DNA from: Telmatocola sphagniphila
GTDB taxonomy: Bacteria > Planctomycetota > Planctomycetia > Gemmatales > Gemmataceae
Assembly: GCF_018398935.1 (NCBI RefSeq)
Contig: NZ_CP074694.1
Location: 1,208,846 to 1,272,845 of the forward strand
Length of the DNA: 64,000 nt
Direction of reading: 5' to 3'
Positions 38,789 to 49,805 of this stretch are shown here, piece after piece. The notes under the pieces were generated by a model. That model worked only from the letters and a program-made list of their open reading frames with translations, did no database searches and had not been told where the DNA came from. Each line of letters begins with the position of its first letter. Within the stretch, counting starts at the first letter, position 1. The translations under genes and the position numbers were made by a program.

Positions 38789-40054
38789 TTATTTTGCGGC
38801 CAGTTCTTCAAGTACCGCTTCTGCCGTTCTTCGACCCGAGACGAAAGCCCCTTGAATAGAAGCCGTGTCTCGATGGTCGCCACAAACGTAGAGTCCCTTT
38901 TTCAATCGCACTTCCCGTTGCGGTTTCTCCAACACGGCCGCGGGCTGCGAGGGAAGCGCGAAAGGTATCTGGTAAGTTTTCAAATGACGCCAGGTTTTCA
39001 CCTGGTCGCCGAACCAGCGTTCCATCTGAGCGAGTACTTCCAATTCCAGCGCCTCGAATGGCTGCATCCCACCATTTATTACTGTGATCGAGATCAGATT
39101 CTGACCAGTCGGGGCATATTCCGGAGCTACCAAATTCGGTACACACAAATTATTTACCGGTCCACTCCCTTCGCCGTTGAGAACGAGTATGGGTTTATGA
39201 ATCGGAGCCTGTGGGGATGCATAATAGAGACAAGTCACACCCTGGGGATGCGTGTGGAAGTCCCCGTTCAGCAATTTATTAGCGGCGGGGGCTTCGGTAG
39301 CGACGACGATGACCTTCGAGGGGATTTTTTCGCCAGACTCAGTCACAATCAGGCCCGAATCGAGATCATCGACGCGGGTCGAGAGTCGAATGCTCGATCT
39401 CGGCAAGTTCTTCGCTAACTGATCGGGAATGGCCTGCATACCTTTAGCGGGGAGGCAGGCGCGACCGAGCGAGAACATTTTGAACACAAACTCAAACATT
39501 CGACTTGAGGTTTGGAGCGCAGGATCCAGAAAAATACCGCCGAGGAATGGCTTAAAGAAGGTATTTGTTATCGAGGAACTGAAACCCCGGTTCACAAGAG
39601 CCTGTTGTGTGGTGGTGTTCGCACGCTGAAATAAGTTCTCAATTGAGGCGTTCTTCACGGCCGACCGAAGACCAGCGACTTTCCATTTATCCCTAAAAGT
39701 GCCTATCGGGGCAAAAAGGGATCTCAGTCCACTCAGAGGCTTTCGCCAGGGATCGGCGAAAAGGTGAAATTTTTCTTTGTGACGAATCAGAGCACCCGGT
39801 TCGAATGCTCGCAGATTCAATTGGGAATAATCGAGAATTTTTTGAGCTTCGGGATAAGCATCGAGGAACACTTGAAAGCCTCGATCGAGCTGGAATCCGT
39901 CAACTCGATCGGTAGCAATACGGCCGCCGACGCGATCTGACGCTTCCAGAATCTGAAAGGATTTGCCGGCTTCCTGAAGATGCCGAGCACAGCTCAGGCC
40001 GGCCAACCCTGCACCGATTATCGTGATTTCCGGAGTCATAGATGAATCCGACAA
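38789..40054 (-). CDS. FAD-dependent oxidoreductase (flavin amine-oxidase / desaturase-like)
   Basis: N-terminal dinucleotide-binding motif [17 protein letters not shown]...[12 protein letters not shown]. 421 aa. Last gene of a four-gene overlapping operon. Confidence 0.75.
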   Translation of the reverse strand: MSDSSMTPEITIIGAGLAGLSCARHLQEAGKSFQILEASDRVGGRIATDRVDGFQLDRGFQVFLDAYPEAQKILDYSQLNLRAFEPGALIRHKEKFHLFADPWRKPLSGLRSLFAPIGTFRDKWKVAGLRSAVKNASIENLFQRANTTTQQALVNRGFSSSITNTFFKPFLGGIFLDPALQTSSRMFEFVFKMFSLGRACLPAKGMQAIPDQLAKNLPRSSIRLSTRVDDLDSGLIVTESGEKIPSKVIVVATEAPAANKLLNGDFHTHPQGVTCLYYASPQAPIHKPILVLNGEGSGPVNNLCVPNLVAPEYAPTGQNLISITVINGGMQPFEALELEVLAQMERWFGDQVKTWRHLKTYQIPFALPSQPAAVLEKPQREVRLKKGLYVCGDHRDTASIQGAFVSGRRTAEAVLEELAAK

Positions 40055-41176
40055 TTAAAGCACTCTAGCCAACTGGCAATCGATTTTTCCATTCATGAAC
40101 TGGTGCTTTTCCAGCACTTTGAGCTTCGTAGCCCTTAAAAGATTGCGATTCCCGGTAAAGATCCAGCATTTCCAGCCTGTGCAGCGAGTCTTGATGATCT
40201 TTCCAATTTGCTGATATAGCTCTATCAGGTCTTCCTCTTCCCCAATACGCTCCCCATAGGGGGGATTCATCAGAATCGTTCCTGGCTTACCTTCAGACGG
40301 CACAAATTTATACAGCCCCTGGGCTCTCAATTCCACGAGATGACCTACACCGGCCGCATTAGCATTCTTAGACGCCAATTCGATCACGTCGACCCGTTCG
40401 TCGTAGCCGATGATTGGGGCCAGGAGTGCTTTCTTCAAGTCGTTTCGGGCTTCATCCCGCACGTTTGCCCACTCACCTTTGTCGTAGTCCAGCCAACCCA
40501 TGAAACCGAAATGTTTTCGAGTCAAACCAGGAGCACGATTCAGAGCCATCCAACTCGCTTCGATCGGCAGAGTTGCGGATCCGCACATCGGATCGCAAAA
40601 GGGCTCATCCGGTTTCCACCCCGTTTGCAGGATCAAGGCTGCGGCGAGAGCTTCATTCAAGGGAGCGATTGTTTGGATCGGGCGATAGCCCCGCTTGTGT
40701 AATGATTCGCAGGAGCTATCCAGACTGATCGATGCTTCGTTTCGAAAGATGTGCAGATTAAACTGCACCATCGGCTCGCGCAGATTCACGCTCGGCCGTT
40801 TACCGCAACGTGCGATGAATTGATCACAAATGGCATCTTTCACTCGCTGCGCGGCGAACAGGGAGTGTGTGATGGCCGAGTCGCGAACATTGCAATCGAT
40901 GGCGAAAGTATGCTCCAAAGTGAGATATTTTTCCCAGTCGATGGTCTGCGCGGCCTGATAGAGTTCGTCGGTACTTTGAACGGGGAATGTCCTTAACGGT
41001 TGGAGAACCCGCACGGCCGTTCTAAGATGCAGATTCGACTTATAGAGAACTCGTCGGTTTCCCTGAAAGTGAACACCGCCTCGTCCAGGTTGAATGTCCG
41101 AAGCAGCGATTTTTTCGAGTTCGCGGGCGAGAAAAGGTTCAAATCCTCGTGCACACGTCGCAAAAAAAGACGTCAT
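40055..41176 (-). CDS. THUMP-domain class I SAM-dependent RNA methyltransferase (RlmL / m2G-methyltransferase-like)
   Basis: N-terminal THUMP-like region. MTase motifs DPMCGSATLPIEA (motif I) and NPPYGER (motif IV). Confidence 0.8.
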   Translation of the reverse strand: MTSFFATCARGFEPFLARELEKIAASDIQPGRGGVHFQGNRRVLYKSNLHLRTAVRVLQPLRTFPVQSTDELYQAAQTIDWEKYLTLEHTFAIDCNVRDSAITHSLFAAQRVKDAICDQFIARCGKRPSVNLREPMVQFNLHIFRNEASISLDSSCESLHKRGYRPIQTIAPLNEALAAALILQTGWKPDEPFCDPMCGSATLPIEASWMALNRAPGLTRKHFGFMGWLDYDKGEWANVRDEARNDLKKALLAPIIGYDERVDVIELASKNANAAGVGHLVELRAQGLYKFVPSEGKPGTILMNPPYGERIGEEEDLIELYQQIGKIIKTRCTGWKCWIFTGNRNLLRATKLKVLEKHQFMNGKIDCQLARVL

Positions 41177-42375
41177 TCCGCAGCCACCGGCGGCTCGAGT
41201 CGCGCACGCAGCTTATTCAGAGTCTTGGTGGCTTGATCGCGAACCTTCACATCGGTGTCGTTCGAAACCATGTCCTCGAGGGAATTCAAAGCGGAAAATG
41301 CCGGGGCTCCCATTTGACCGAGATTGAATGCGGCCATAAGTCGAACGCTGGCGTCTCGATCCTCCAATGCCCGGGTCAAAGCGTCGGCGACATCCTTGGA
41401 TTCTTTACCCAGTACCATCATGGGACGGATGAGCTGGTAATCTCGAGTCAGGCCACCGCGCTCAAAAGCCTCGATCAGCTCCGGCAAAGCCGATTTGGCA
41501 ATATCGCCCATACCGGCCAGAGTGTCTGCGATTTTGCGTCGGAAAGGGGCATCCGCCGCCAGCTTGATACCGAGTTTTAAGATCGGCAGGGAATCGGGGC
41601 TAATTTCGCCGTAATCGTTCCTGCCTTCATCGAGAAGTTTTTCAACTGCTTTGATTACCGGGCCGCCACGATCGGTCTTCTTACCACCCGATTTTTCCTG
41701 TAGCTTGGTCAAGGCTGCCTGCATGTCCAGTTTATAAGCGATCTGGAAGCTTCGACTTTCGGGGCTCAAAGTCGGCCAGAGATCGGGCAGGATATCCTTC
41801 CCGAATGCGGGCAACGCGAGTTCCAGCATAGCCAGGTAAACCGGGGCAGTTTTCTTCTCACTTAAGGCCTGCAGATAGATCTGAAGCAATCGAAGGTCAG
41901 TAATGGTCCCGTCATTGTTGGTCGATTCCAACATGGTGATCTGTTCTTCGGGCTTGACGCGCTTGGCAAACGGTCGAGATTCGGGAACCAGGGCATACAC
42001 AGCCTGTGTCAGCATCGGAGTCGACCAGGAGGGGCCCGCTTCGAATTCTTCGAGTTCACCGGGAACGTTCACGAAGAGGTTTTTCACTTCGGCGAGGTGG
42101 ATCTGGTCGATGGTTTCCAGAATTGGCCAAACAATCTCATCCTGATCGGCCTCGTGGATGGATTTGAGGCTGGCGACAACATTTTCGGGTAGATCTTCTG
42201 ACACTTTCGCAGACACTTGCTCTTTAAGGTGCGAAAGATCAGCCTGATCGATACCGGTCGCCAGGACGGTAGCCAGTTCGTTATTCAGATTCGTGAGCGT
42301 CGTGTTGGCCATATTTTCAAACTCCCGAATGCCGGGTTTAAATATCGATGTCGAAACCTCAGAATAATAACTCAA
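41173..42375 (-). CDS. HEAT-repeat protein of unknown function
   Basis: C-terminal PBS-lyase/HEAT-like repeats (LPELIEAFERGG..., LEDRDASVRLMAAFNLGQMG..., DTDVKVRDQATKTL). Overlaps both neighbours by 4 bp. Confidence 0.6.
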   Translation of the reverse strand: MSYYSEVSTSIFKPGIREFENMANTTLTNLNNELATVLATGIDQADLSHLKEQVSAKVSEDLPENVVASLKSIHEADQDEIVWPILETIDQIHLAEVKNLFVNVPGELEEFEAGPSWSTPMLTQAVYALVPESRPFAKRVKPEEQITMLESTNNDGTITDLRLLQIYLQALSEKKTAPVYLAMLELALPAFGKDILPDLWPTLSPESRSFQIAYKLDMQAALTKLQEKSGGKKTDRGGPVIKAVEKLLDEGRNDYGEISPDSLPILKLGIKLAADAPFRRKIADTLAGMGDIAKSALPELIEAFERGGLTRDYQLIRPMMVLGKESKDVADALTRALEDRDASVRLMAAFNLGQMGAPAFSALNSLEDMVSNDTDVKVRDQATKTLNKLRARLEPPVAAE

Positions 42376-43808
42376 ACACCAATTTTCAGATGGTGCTTGG
42401 GCGTGATCATAGCGAGGGGATAAGCAATAATTTGCTTTCCACTCACCGCCAGCCGCACCAGAAGAGCCGGAGATTCAGATCGCAGCATCGCAGCCGCCCG
42501 CTTGAAGTTGAACAGGTGTGAGTAGTCTTTTCGGCGGTCGCGAAGTTCGAGCCGGCCGCCGTTAGAATCTTCCACAACGACCTTATCGTTGACCTTCCCC
42601 AACTTGGCACATCGAAGCAGTAATACCGCTTCTGTAGGCGCGAAAGGTTTCTCGAGCTGACTCCGGAATTCGTCAATGACCGGTTCGAATTCGGGTATGG
42701 CATGTCCATAAGTGGCTTCCAGAGCTTCCGAACTCGATACGCCGGTCGTTTCACTGTTCTTTTCCCAGCGCACCCGGCGATTCAGGGAGCCGGGATAGAG
42801 AACTGCATCGGGAACATGAATCGGAGTCGTATAACTGACCTGTTCAGGAATGGGAGTCAGTCCTTTGAACGGCCGGTAAGCGACTGACTGGTGCAGTTCA
42901 CCCGTATTGAGATCGAGAAGGTTGCTGACTTCCATACGTGTTGCACGACCTTCATCGTCCAGCCTTTCGTAGGCCAGTTCGAAGAGCGAAAGATCGGTTT
43001 TCCCGTAGCCGCGGGCCTTCAGGTCGGAAATCGACCAGTGCATATCGAGGAACTGCTCCAGCAGATAATCCTCTTCGCTGGGTTTGCTGGTATCGGTTCC
43101 CAGGAAATGGATGGTCTTCTTGAGTACAGCTTCGCAATTTGCGAGGGCGGAGGCTCCCAGGAGATTCTTCTCCGGATCTTTCAACCCTTTTTCTTTGCCG
43201 ACCAGAGCCACCCGCTTGAATTGGGCTGCGAGAGAAGGCAATGAGGCCTCATTCAGCTGTTTGCAAAGCTTTTCGAATTGCTCGGCCCGGTTCTCGCTGA
43301 ACCAGTTTCCTTTAGCGGCCAGATCGACTAGCATATGATTGGCGGCTTCGAGTGCCTCTAATCGCAGAAGTTGCTTCTTCTCTTCGTCCTTCTTACCACC
43401 CTTCTTCGCAAATACCCCCTTTTTCCGCTCTTCCGCGGCCAGCACCTTTTCCCGTCGGGCAAGGAGTTCGATGGATGGGGATTTTACGCCGAAAGAATCC
43501 GGATTATGAGCATATTTCAGCAGCATACCGAGTGTATATTTATCGGGATGATATCTGCTGGGGCTGGTACTTTGCAAAACAGGCTGATTCGGGATGTGGA
43601 AATCGGCCGATAGCTTATACGGAGCCGGTCCCATTCCAGTAAACTCGCCTAACATCCAGGTACCGTCGCTGGATGTCCCCAAGTTCTGCAGCCGAGAGCT
43701 TTGGCTGATTTCCGACGCAGCTTTAAAGCTGGCTTCATCCGGGGCCAGGGTTCGAACAAAATCTTCGGTTAGCGGGGCATTCAGGGGCATACCGGTCCCA
43801 CCTTCCAC
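42372..43808 (-). CDS. Hypothetical protein (478 aa), first gene of the operon
   Basis: Long hydrophilic ORF in the same orientation, translationally coupled to the HEAT-repeat gene. No recognisable catalytic motifs. Confidence 0.5.
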   Translation of the reverse strand: MEGGTGMPLNAPLTEDFVRTLAPDEASFKAASEISQSSRLQNLGTSSDGTWMLGEFTGMGPAPYKLSADFHIPNQPVLQSTSPSRYHPDKYTLGMLLKYAHNPDSFGVKSPSIELLARREKVLAAEERKKGVFAKKGGKKDEEKKQLLRLEALEAANHMLVDLAAKGNWFSENRAEQFEKLCKQLNEASLPSLAAQFKRVALVGKEKGLKDPEKNLLGASALANCEAVLKKTIHFLGTDTSKPSEEDYLLEQFLDMHWSISDLKARGYGKTDLSLFELAYERLDDEGRATRMEVSNLLDLNTGELHQSVAYRPFKGLTPIPEQVSYTTPIHVPDAVLYPGSLNRRVRWEKNSETTGVSSSEALEATYGHAIPEFEPVIDEFRSQLEKPFAPTEAVLLLRCAKLGKVNDKVVVEDSNGGRLELRDRRKDYSHLFNFKRAAAMLRSESPALLVRLAVSGKQIIAYPLAMITPKHHLKIGV

Positions 43809-44034
43809 CTAAGGATGCTTCGCAAGAAGTAAATCTAATAAGCAGAAATTATATGAAGAGTTGGGTCAATTGAGAGAAAATTGAGTCGGATTCTTCATTA
43901 CATTGACGTAATTGCAATTCAAACCGGTAATCTAGGCAAAACCAACGTCACTCTGGCCGTTCAAACTCCGGACGGGAGTGAATTTTTGTTTATCGAAGCC
44001 TTATAGTGCGCTTAAAGTGTCTTCTCACAAGACT

Positions 44035-44298
44035 TTACCAGCCCAATTTCTCCCGCAGTTCCTGCAGTCCCCCGGTGAAAGCGGCATTGGAAGTTTGGTA
44101 TGTCAGGCCGCCGTCCAAACGCTTGCCATTGTTGGTTTGCGTAATGGAACAGGTGAAGTTGCCTTTGGCCGGTTTGGTCACCAGTCTGTATTGCGGATGT
44201 TCGTTCAACAGTACCAGCCAGGTCGTATCGTTCAAGCCTGCGCGTAAGTTGCCGTCTCGCAATTTCAACCAATCGGGAACATTCATCGTAAGTCTCAC
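44035..44298 (-). CDS. Small hypothetical protein (about 83-87 aa), translationally coupled to the upstream MFS gene
   Basis: Its start ATG overlaps the MFS stop in an ATGA arrangement. Sequence MNVPDWLKLRDGNLRAGLNDTTWLVLLNEHPQYRLVTKPAKGNFTC.... An alternative-frame ORF (44012..44359) also exists, so this call is uncertain. Confidence 0.3.
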   Translation of the reverse strand: MRLTMNVPDWLKLRDGNLRAGLNDTTWLVLLNEHPQYRLVTKPAKGNFTCSITQTNNGKRLDGGLTYQTSNAAFTGGLQELREKLGW

Positions 44299-45710
44299 TC
44301 TGGCAGAGGTTTGCCCTTAGTTTCGGGAAGGAAGAATATGGCCACAAAGCCCAGCGCAAAGACCGAACACATGGTCATGGCCGCCTGTCGCTGAGGCTCC
44401 GCGAATCCTTCATTTTTATAGTAGGTTCTGATGGGGATCAGTAGCAGTGGTCCCGCCGCGGCCACAAACCTTCCGACATTGTAGCAGAAGGAAGTTCCAG
44501 TACTCCGCAATCGAGTGGGGAAGAGTTCGGGGAGGTAGATAGCGTAGCCACCGAACAGTGCCAGCTGGCAAAAACCCATTAAAGGCACCATCCAGAAAAT
44601 ATCGCTTTTCGTTTCCAGTTTCCAGAAGACAAGTATGGTGCTCATAGCAGCAGCAACAAAAGCGATGGCGAAGGCAATTCTTCTGCCGGTGTAGTTAGTC
44701 AGCCAGCTGAAAGATAGCATGCCGAAGAGTGCACCGATATTCATCACAATACCGGTGATACCTCCCCAGGTCATCACCTGACGATCCACTTCAGCCGGAG
44801 ACATTCCTTGCTCCGTAAAAGATTTTCTTATAACAGTCTGCGTCAAATCGGTGCTGAAAAATCCAATTCCCCAGAGGCCAACCACGCCCGAAAATGCAAG
44901 TAGGGCTCCCAAAAGGGCGTGTCGTCTCCAGCGTGGATCTTCAAAAAGGTCCCGATATGAACCGACTCGGGGATGATCCTTGCCCTCGCGTTGCAACCGC
45001 TTCGCTTCGAGCCAACTTTCCGGTTCTTTCAATCTCGTTTGGATGAATATCACCAGGATTGCAGGGACAATTCCGACCAGAAACATGATTTGCCAAGCAG
45101 ACAACGGCTTAAGACTTTCTTGATCGACGTTTCCCAGACCAATAAACAGAAGCCCTGCGGAGCAGTTTCCTACCGTCGAGAACGACTGCAACATGCCGAG
45201 CGTATAGGGCCGTGCCTGAGCCGGAATGGTCTCAGCGAGAAGTGCCACGGCCACAGCAAAGACTCCTCCCACACCTAAACCGGTAAGAAATCGGTAGAGT
45301 GCAAAATCCCAAACGCTAGTTGAGAAAGCACTAAGGCCAGTAAAAATGGAGTAGAGGATAATTGTCCACTTCAAAGTTTTGACTCGGCCTATGCGATCCC
45401 CCATGACCCCGAAGGTGAGTCCTCCTGTGGCCCAGCCGATCAGGAATATCGAAGTGGTAATGTCCGAGAAATCTTTTACAGCTTTATCGAACGCTTCTTT
45501 TTTGGATTCATCTTCCCGCAATTCGGAAGGTAACAAGCTTCTAATGGCCTTTTGCCTGGCCATCACGAACAGCTGTTGATCCATGCAATCCGCCATCCAG
45601 GCTGTGGCGACCACAAAAAACACAAACCAGTGGTATCGATTGAGTTGCCGGAGTGACCCCCAGCCCGCATTGGAGGCCTGAGGCATTGAAGAACCATCGA
45701 CGAGAGCCAT
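44295..45710 (-). CDS. MFS transporter
   Basis: 471 aa, 12 predicted TM helices, MFS motifs (GDRIGRVKT, sugar-porter-like loops). Confidence 0.8.
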   Translation of the reverse strand: MALVDGSSMPQASNAGWGSLRQLNRYHWFVFFVVATAWMADCMDQQLFVMARQKAIRSLLPSELREDESKKEAFDKAVKDFSDITTSIFLIGWATGGLTFGVMGDRIGRVKTLKWTIILYSIFTGLSAFSTSVWDFALYRFLTGLGVGGVFAVAVALLAETIPAQARPYTLGMLQSFSTVGNCSAGLLFIGLGNVDQESLKPLSAWQIMFLVGIVPAILVIFIQTRLKEPESWLEAKRLQREGKDHPRVGSYRDLFEDPRWRRHALLGALLAFSGVVGLWGIGFFSTDLTQTVIRKSFTEQGMSPAEVDRQVMTWGGITGIVMNIGALFGMLSFSWLTNYTGRRIAFAIAFVAAAMSTILVFWKLETKSDIFWMVPLMGFCQLALFGGYAIYLPELFPTRLRSTGTSFCYNVGRFVAAAGPLLLIPIRTYYKNEGFAEPQRQAAMTMCSVFALGFVAIFFLPETKGKPLPE

Positions 45711-45868
45711 TCGAAATCCTGTTTCAAAGTGGATTTTGGCGGGAAAGCTGGTTCAAATCATACCGTCTACCTCAGGAATTGCCAATAATATCCGCTTTTG
45801 AACGGGATTCGCTACAATACTTAATCCAATATTTTTTTGAAGAGTATGCAGTGGCAGATTCTCTCAAT

Positions 45869-46672
45869 TTGAAGTGCGGATTCATAGGTGCTGGGCAAAT
45901 GGCAACTGCCCTGGCACTGGGCTGGATTCGCGCGGGCTTCTTTAAGCCTTCTCAAATTGTCGGAAGTTCTCGCACTGAAAGGTCCCGTAAAAAATTCGAG
46001 CAGGGCACGGGTAGCAAAACTTCGCACGATAATGCCAAGATTGCCCGGACGAGCGATCTTCTGGTTTTGTCTGTCAAACCGAAATTTCTCGCGGATGCGA
46101 TGGATTCGATTCGGGAGAGCCTTAAGCCGGAAGCTTTGATCGTTTCCGTGGTGGCGGGAGTGCCTATCTCGAAAATTGCTGAAGGTCTAGGTGACAAACG
46201 AGCCATCGTTCGGGTGATGCCGAATACGCCGTGTCTGGTCGGCCAGGGAGTTTCCGGAATCGCCTTTGGTCCTCACGTTTCGGATGGCTTTCAACAACTG
46301 ATTTATCAACTGTTCAGTTCCGTAGGCATGGCTAACGTCGTTCCGGAAAATCTGATAGATGCGGTGAATGGAATCAGTGGTTGCGGGCCGGCTTACGCAT
46401 TTTTGATGATCGAAGCACTCGCGGACGGTGCAGTCAAAATGGGAATTGCACGCGATATGGCGATTTCCATGGCCGCTCAGACTCTTCTGGGAGCCTCGAA
46501 AATGGTTCTCGAAACTCAGCAGCACCCTGCCGCCTTGAAGGATGCCGTTTGCAGCCCGGCCGGGACGACCATCGCCGGAATTCACGAACTGGAAAAAGCG
46601 GGAGTGCGAGCCGCATTGATGAATGCCGTCCAGGCCGCCACCCATCGCGCCCATGAATTAGGGAAACAATAG
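45869..46672 (+). CDS. proC: Pyrroline-5-carboxylate reductase. Start assigned to the in-frame TTG at 45869; the ORF track runs from 45653, but the conserved N-terminus begins at [11 protein letters not shown].
   Basis: [18 protein letters not shown] Rossmann motif, [15 protein letters not shown], and [14 protein letters not shown] are ProC hallmarks. Confidence 0.85.
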   Translation: MKCGFIGAGQMATALALGWIRAGFFKPSQIVGSSRTERSRKKFEQGTGSKTSHDNAKIARTSDLLVLSVKPKFLADAMDSIRESLKPEALIVSVVAGVPISKIAEGLGDKRAIVRVMPNTPCLVGQGVSGIAFGPHVSDGFQQLIYQLFSSVGMANVVPENLIDAVNGISGCGPAYAFLMIEALADGAVKMGIARDMAISMAAQTLLGASKMVLETQQHPAALKDAVCSPAGTTIAGIHELEKAGVRAALMNAVQAATHRAHELGKQ

Positions 46673-46674
46673 GC

Positions 46675-48216
46675 ATGAACCAGGAACCGATCCTGATTTT
46701 CGATTTTGGCTCTCAGTTTGCACAATTGATCGCTCGGAGGGTACGCGAACTTAACGTTTTCTGCCAGCTGGTGCGACACGATTTGCCTGCGGCCCGAGTG
46801 CGAGAACTCAACCCCAAAGGCCTCATTTTCTCAGGCGGACCAGCCAGCGTTTATGAGAAGAGCGCCCCAAAATGCGATCCCAAAATTTACGATCTGGGAA
46901 TTCCCATTCTGGGAATTTGTTATGGGATGCATCTGGTCTCACACGATCTGGGCGCGAAGGTTGATCCGGCGCATAGTCGCGAATTTGGCCGAGCCATTCT
47001 GCACGTTCATTCCGCGACCGGTTTTTTGGAGGGGCTACCTGATAAATCGACGGTATGGATGAGCCATGGCGATCAGGTGAATCAAAGTTCGAACGACTTC
47101 GAAATGCTGGCCTCAACGGATACTTGCCCTTGGGCGGCGGTTCGGCATAAAACCCGGCCGATCTATGGCATTCAATTCCATCCTGAAGTCAATCACACCG
47201 AGCAGGGGCGATTGATTCTCAAGAATTTTCTGATGAACATCTGCGGCTGTCATGCCCTTTGGAAAATGCAGACATTCATCGACCGGACAATTTCCGAAAT
47301 TCGCGAAAAAGTTGGCAATAATCGGGTGATTTGCGGACTTTCCGGCGGGGTAGATTCCTCGGTGGTGGCCGCCCTACTCCTGAAGGCCATCGGGCCGCAG
47401 GCTGCCTGCATCTTCGTCGATAACGGGCTATTGCGGATGGGAGAAGCCGATGCAGTTCGAAAAATGTTCAGCGAATGGTATAAAGCCGATCTTCATATGG
47501 TCGATGCGGAGAAACGTTTCCTGGATGCTCTGAAAGATGTCTCAGATCCTCAATTGAAGAGAAAAACTATCGGATATCATTTCATCGAAGTCTTCAAGCA
47601 GGAAGCTCGTAGTATCCCAAACGCGAAATTCCTAGCTCAAGGGACTCTCTACCCGGATGTGATCGAAAGTGGCGGAGCTGTCGATGGACCCGCGGCCACC
47701 ATCAAGACTCACCATAATGTCGGAGGATTACCCAAGGAACTCGGATTTGAACTGATTGAGCCGCTGAGGGACCTGTTTAAAGACGAGGTGCGACGATTGG
47801 GCGTTGAACTCGGTTTGCCCGAAGAATTGGTTTGGCGGCATCCTTTTCCCGGCCCAGGTCTGGCGGTACGATGTCTCGGAAACATTACCAAAGATCGGCT
47901 CGAAATCCTTCGCAAGGCGGACAAGATTTTCCTCCAGGAACTTAAAGAGTCGGGTTGGTACAAAAAAACCTCTCAAGCCTTTGTAGTGCTCCTCCCGGTC
48001 CAGTCGGTGGGTGTGATGGGAGATGGCCGGACGTATGAGAATGCCGTCGCCCTCCGAGCCGTTCAAACCGACGATTTCATGACGGCCGACTGGTCGCACT
48101 TGCCGCATGATTTCCTGGCGAAAATTTCTACCCGTATCATCAATGAGGTCCGGGGTGTTAATCGCGTGGTTTACGATATCAGCAGTAAACCACCAGCTAC
48201 CATTGAGTGGGAATAA
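46675..48216 (+). CDS. guaA: GMP synthase (glutamine-hydrolysing)
   Basis: Class-I glutamine amidotransferase domain ([10 protein letters not shown], the catalytic Cys context), ATP-pyrophosphatase SGGVDSSV, and C-terminus ...PPATIEWE. Confidence 0.95.
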   Translation: MNQEPILIFDFGSQFAQLIARRVRELNVFCQLVRHDLPAARVRELNPKGLIFSGGPASVYEKSAPKCDPKIYDLGIPILGICYGMHLVSHDLGAKVDPAHSREFGRAILHVHSATGFLEGLPDKSTVWMSHGDQVNQSSNDFEMLASTDTCPWAAVRHKTRPIYGIQFHPEVNHTEQGRLILKNFLMNICGCHALWKMQTFIDRTISEIREKVGNNRVICGLSGGVDSSVVAALLLKAIGPQAACIFVDNGLLRMGEADAVRKMFSEWYKADLHMVDAEKRFLDALKDVSDPQLKRKTIGYHFIEVFKQEARSIPNAKFLAQGTLYPDVIESGGAVDGPAATIKTHHNVGGLPKELGFELIEPLRDLFKDEVRRLGVELGLPEELVWRHPFPGPGLAVRCLGNITKDRLEILRKADKIFLQELKESGWYKKTSQAFVVLLPVQSVGVMGDGRTYENAVALRAVQTDDFMTADWSHLPHDFLAKISTRIINEVRGVNRVVYDISSKPPATIEWE

Positions 48217-48220
48217 GACG

Positions 48221-49057
48221 ATGAAGTTTACCAAGATGCAGGGTGCTGGCAACGATTACGTTTATGTCGATTGCTTCCGCGAGAAATTCCCGGCAGATCC
48301 TGCGAAACTTAGCAGGGCGGTCAGCGACCGGCATTTCGGTATCGGTTCGGACGGAATGATTCTGATCTGTCCTTCCGAAAAAGCCGATGCACGCATGCGG
48401 ATGTTCAATAGCGATGGTTCCGAAGGTGAAATGTGCGGTAATGGCTTGCGCTGTGTCGCCAAATATGTTTACGATCATGGAATCTCTAAGAACGAGACAC
48501 TGAAACTGGAAACGGGGCGCGGAATTCTGACAGTCGATTTGCTGATAGAGCAGGGTAAAGTTCATCGCGCAAAAGTGAATATGGGCGAGCCGATTCTCCT
48601 ATCCGAAAAGATTCCCACGACTCTCCCGGGAGATCCTCCCAAGAATGTCCCTTTGAATATTGAGGGAACCAATCTAGAAGTCACCTGCGTCTCCATGGGA
48701 AATCCCCATTGCGTCATATTCGTTCCCGAAATCACAGATCATCAGGTTCTCTTGCTCGGCCCCCAGCTCGAAAAGCATCCCGCTTTTCCCCGACGAATTA
48801 ACGTGGAATGGATCCAGGTTTTGAGCCGATCAGAAGCACGCATGCGAGTCTGGGAACGCGGGAGTGGAGAGACCCTGGCCTGTGGCACTGGAGCCTGCGG
48901 AGCCACTGTGGCCGGTATTTTAACGGGGCGTTTCGATCGATCCGTAAAAATGCATCTGTTGGGGGGAGATCTCGAATTGCACTGGTCGGAAAAGGACAAT
49001 CATGTTTATATGACAGGACCCGCCGCGGAAGTTTTCAGCGGTGAATGGCCAACATAA
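48221..49057 (+). CDS. dapF: Diaminopimelate epimerase
   Basis: [17 protein letters not shown]..., catalytic [10 protein letters not shown] and ACGTGACG motifs. Confidence 0.9.
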   Translation: MKFTKMQGAGNDYVYVDCFREKFPADPAKLSRAVSDRHFGIGSDGMILICPSEKADARMRMFNSDGSEGEMCGNGLRCVAKYVYDHGISKNETLKLETGRGILTVDLLIEQGKVHRAKVNMGEPILLSEKIPTTLPGDPPKNVPLNIEGTNLEVTCVSMGNPHCVIFVPEITDHQVLLLGPQLEKHPAFPRRINVEWIQVLSRSEARMRVWERGSGETLACGTGACGATVAGILTGRFDRSVKMHLLGGDLELHWSEKDNHVYMTGPAAEVFSGEWPT

Positions 49058-49079
49058 GCGGATGGAAGGAAAGGATTCC

Positions 49080-49793
49080 ATGAAGATTCGCAATCCTCTC
49101 GTTATTAAAGCCATTGGTTTTCTGGGCGCGGGCATTATTCGCGCCTGGATGTCCACCATCCGAATCGATTATGAAATCTGCGATAAGGAATTGAATCCTT
49201 GGAATCCCAAGGGGCCTTCCGGTGCGGGTATTGGTACTTTCTGGCACGAAAATATTCTTGGCCCCGCTTTCTTTTTTCGCAATTGTCGGGCTTCAGTACT
49301 GATCAGTTCCCATGCCGATGGCGAAATGATAGCCCGCGTCATTACCCGTTTGGGATTTGGTTTGGTCCGCGGTTCAACGACCCGGGGCGGTGTCAAAGCA
49401 ATACGAGAACTGGTTGCATCGGGTAAATTAAATCATCTGGCGATTACGCCGGATGGCCCGCGCGGTCCGCGAAGGGTATGCCAGCAAGGAATTGGCATGG
49501 TTTCGATTATGACGGGTCTGCCCGTTTATCCGATTGGAATAGCTTACCGAAGTGCTTGGTACGCCCGGAGTTGGGATCAGTTTGGAATTCCGAAACCTTT
49601 TAGCCGCTGCTGTGTAATTTTAGGCCCTGCGGTCCGGCCCGATAATTATCGCCTTTCGCAGTTGGAACTGCACACCGCGGAAATTCAGAAGGCCATGGAA
49701 ACGATCACGGCTCGGGCGGAATACTGGCGTATCCATGGCCATTTTCCATCTGATACTGGCGAGACAGAGATTTCCCTTGCGAAGGCCGCTTAA
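49080..49793 (+). CDS. DUF374 / lysophospholipid-acyltransferase-like protein
   Basis: About 238 aa. FWHENILGPAFFF..ASVLISSHADGEMIARVITRLGFGLVRGSTTRGG matches the DUF374 family often associated with Kdo / lipid A genes. Confidence 0.6.
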   Translation: MKIRNPLVIKAIGFLGAGIIRAWMSTIRIDYEICDKELNPWNPKGPSGAGIGTFWHENILGPAFFFRNCRASVLISSHADGEMIARVITRLGFGLVRGSTTRGGVKAIRELVASGKLNHLAITPDGPRGPRRVCQQGIGMVSIMTGLPVYPIGIAYRSAWYARSWDQFGIPKPFSRCCVILGPAVRPDNYRLSQLELHTAEIQKAMETITARAEYWRIHGHFPSDTGETEISLAKAA

Positions 49794-49805
49794 TACTCTG
49801 ATGGA

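Noticed and set aside
42372-43808. Assigning the 478-aa operon-leading protein to a named family (e.g. SWIM-type zinc-finger proteins)
   Set aside because: No CxC/CxH zinc motifs or other diagnostic signatures are visible. It is left as hypothetical.
45653-45868. N-terminal 72-aa extension of proC as drawn in the ORF track
   Set aside because: The conserved ProC N-terminus ([11 protein letters not shown]) begins at ~45872. The upstream part has poor coding character and is probably a promoter or leader, so the start was moved to the in-frame TTG at 45869.
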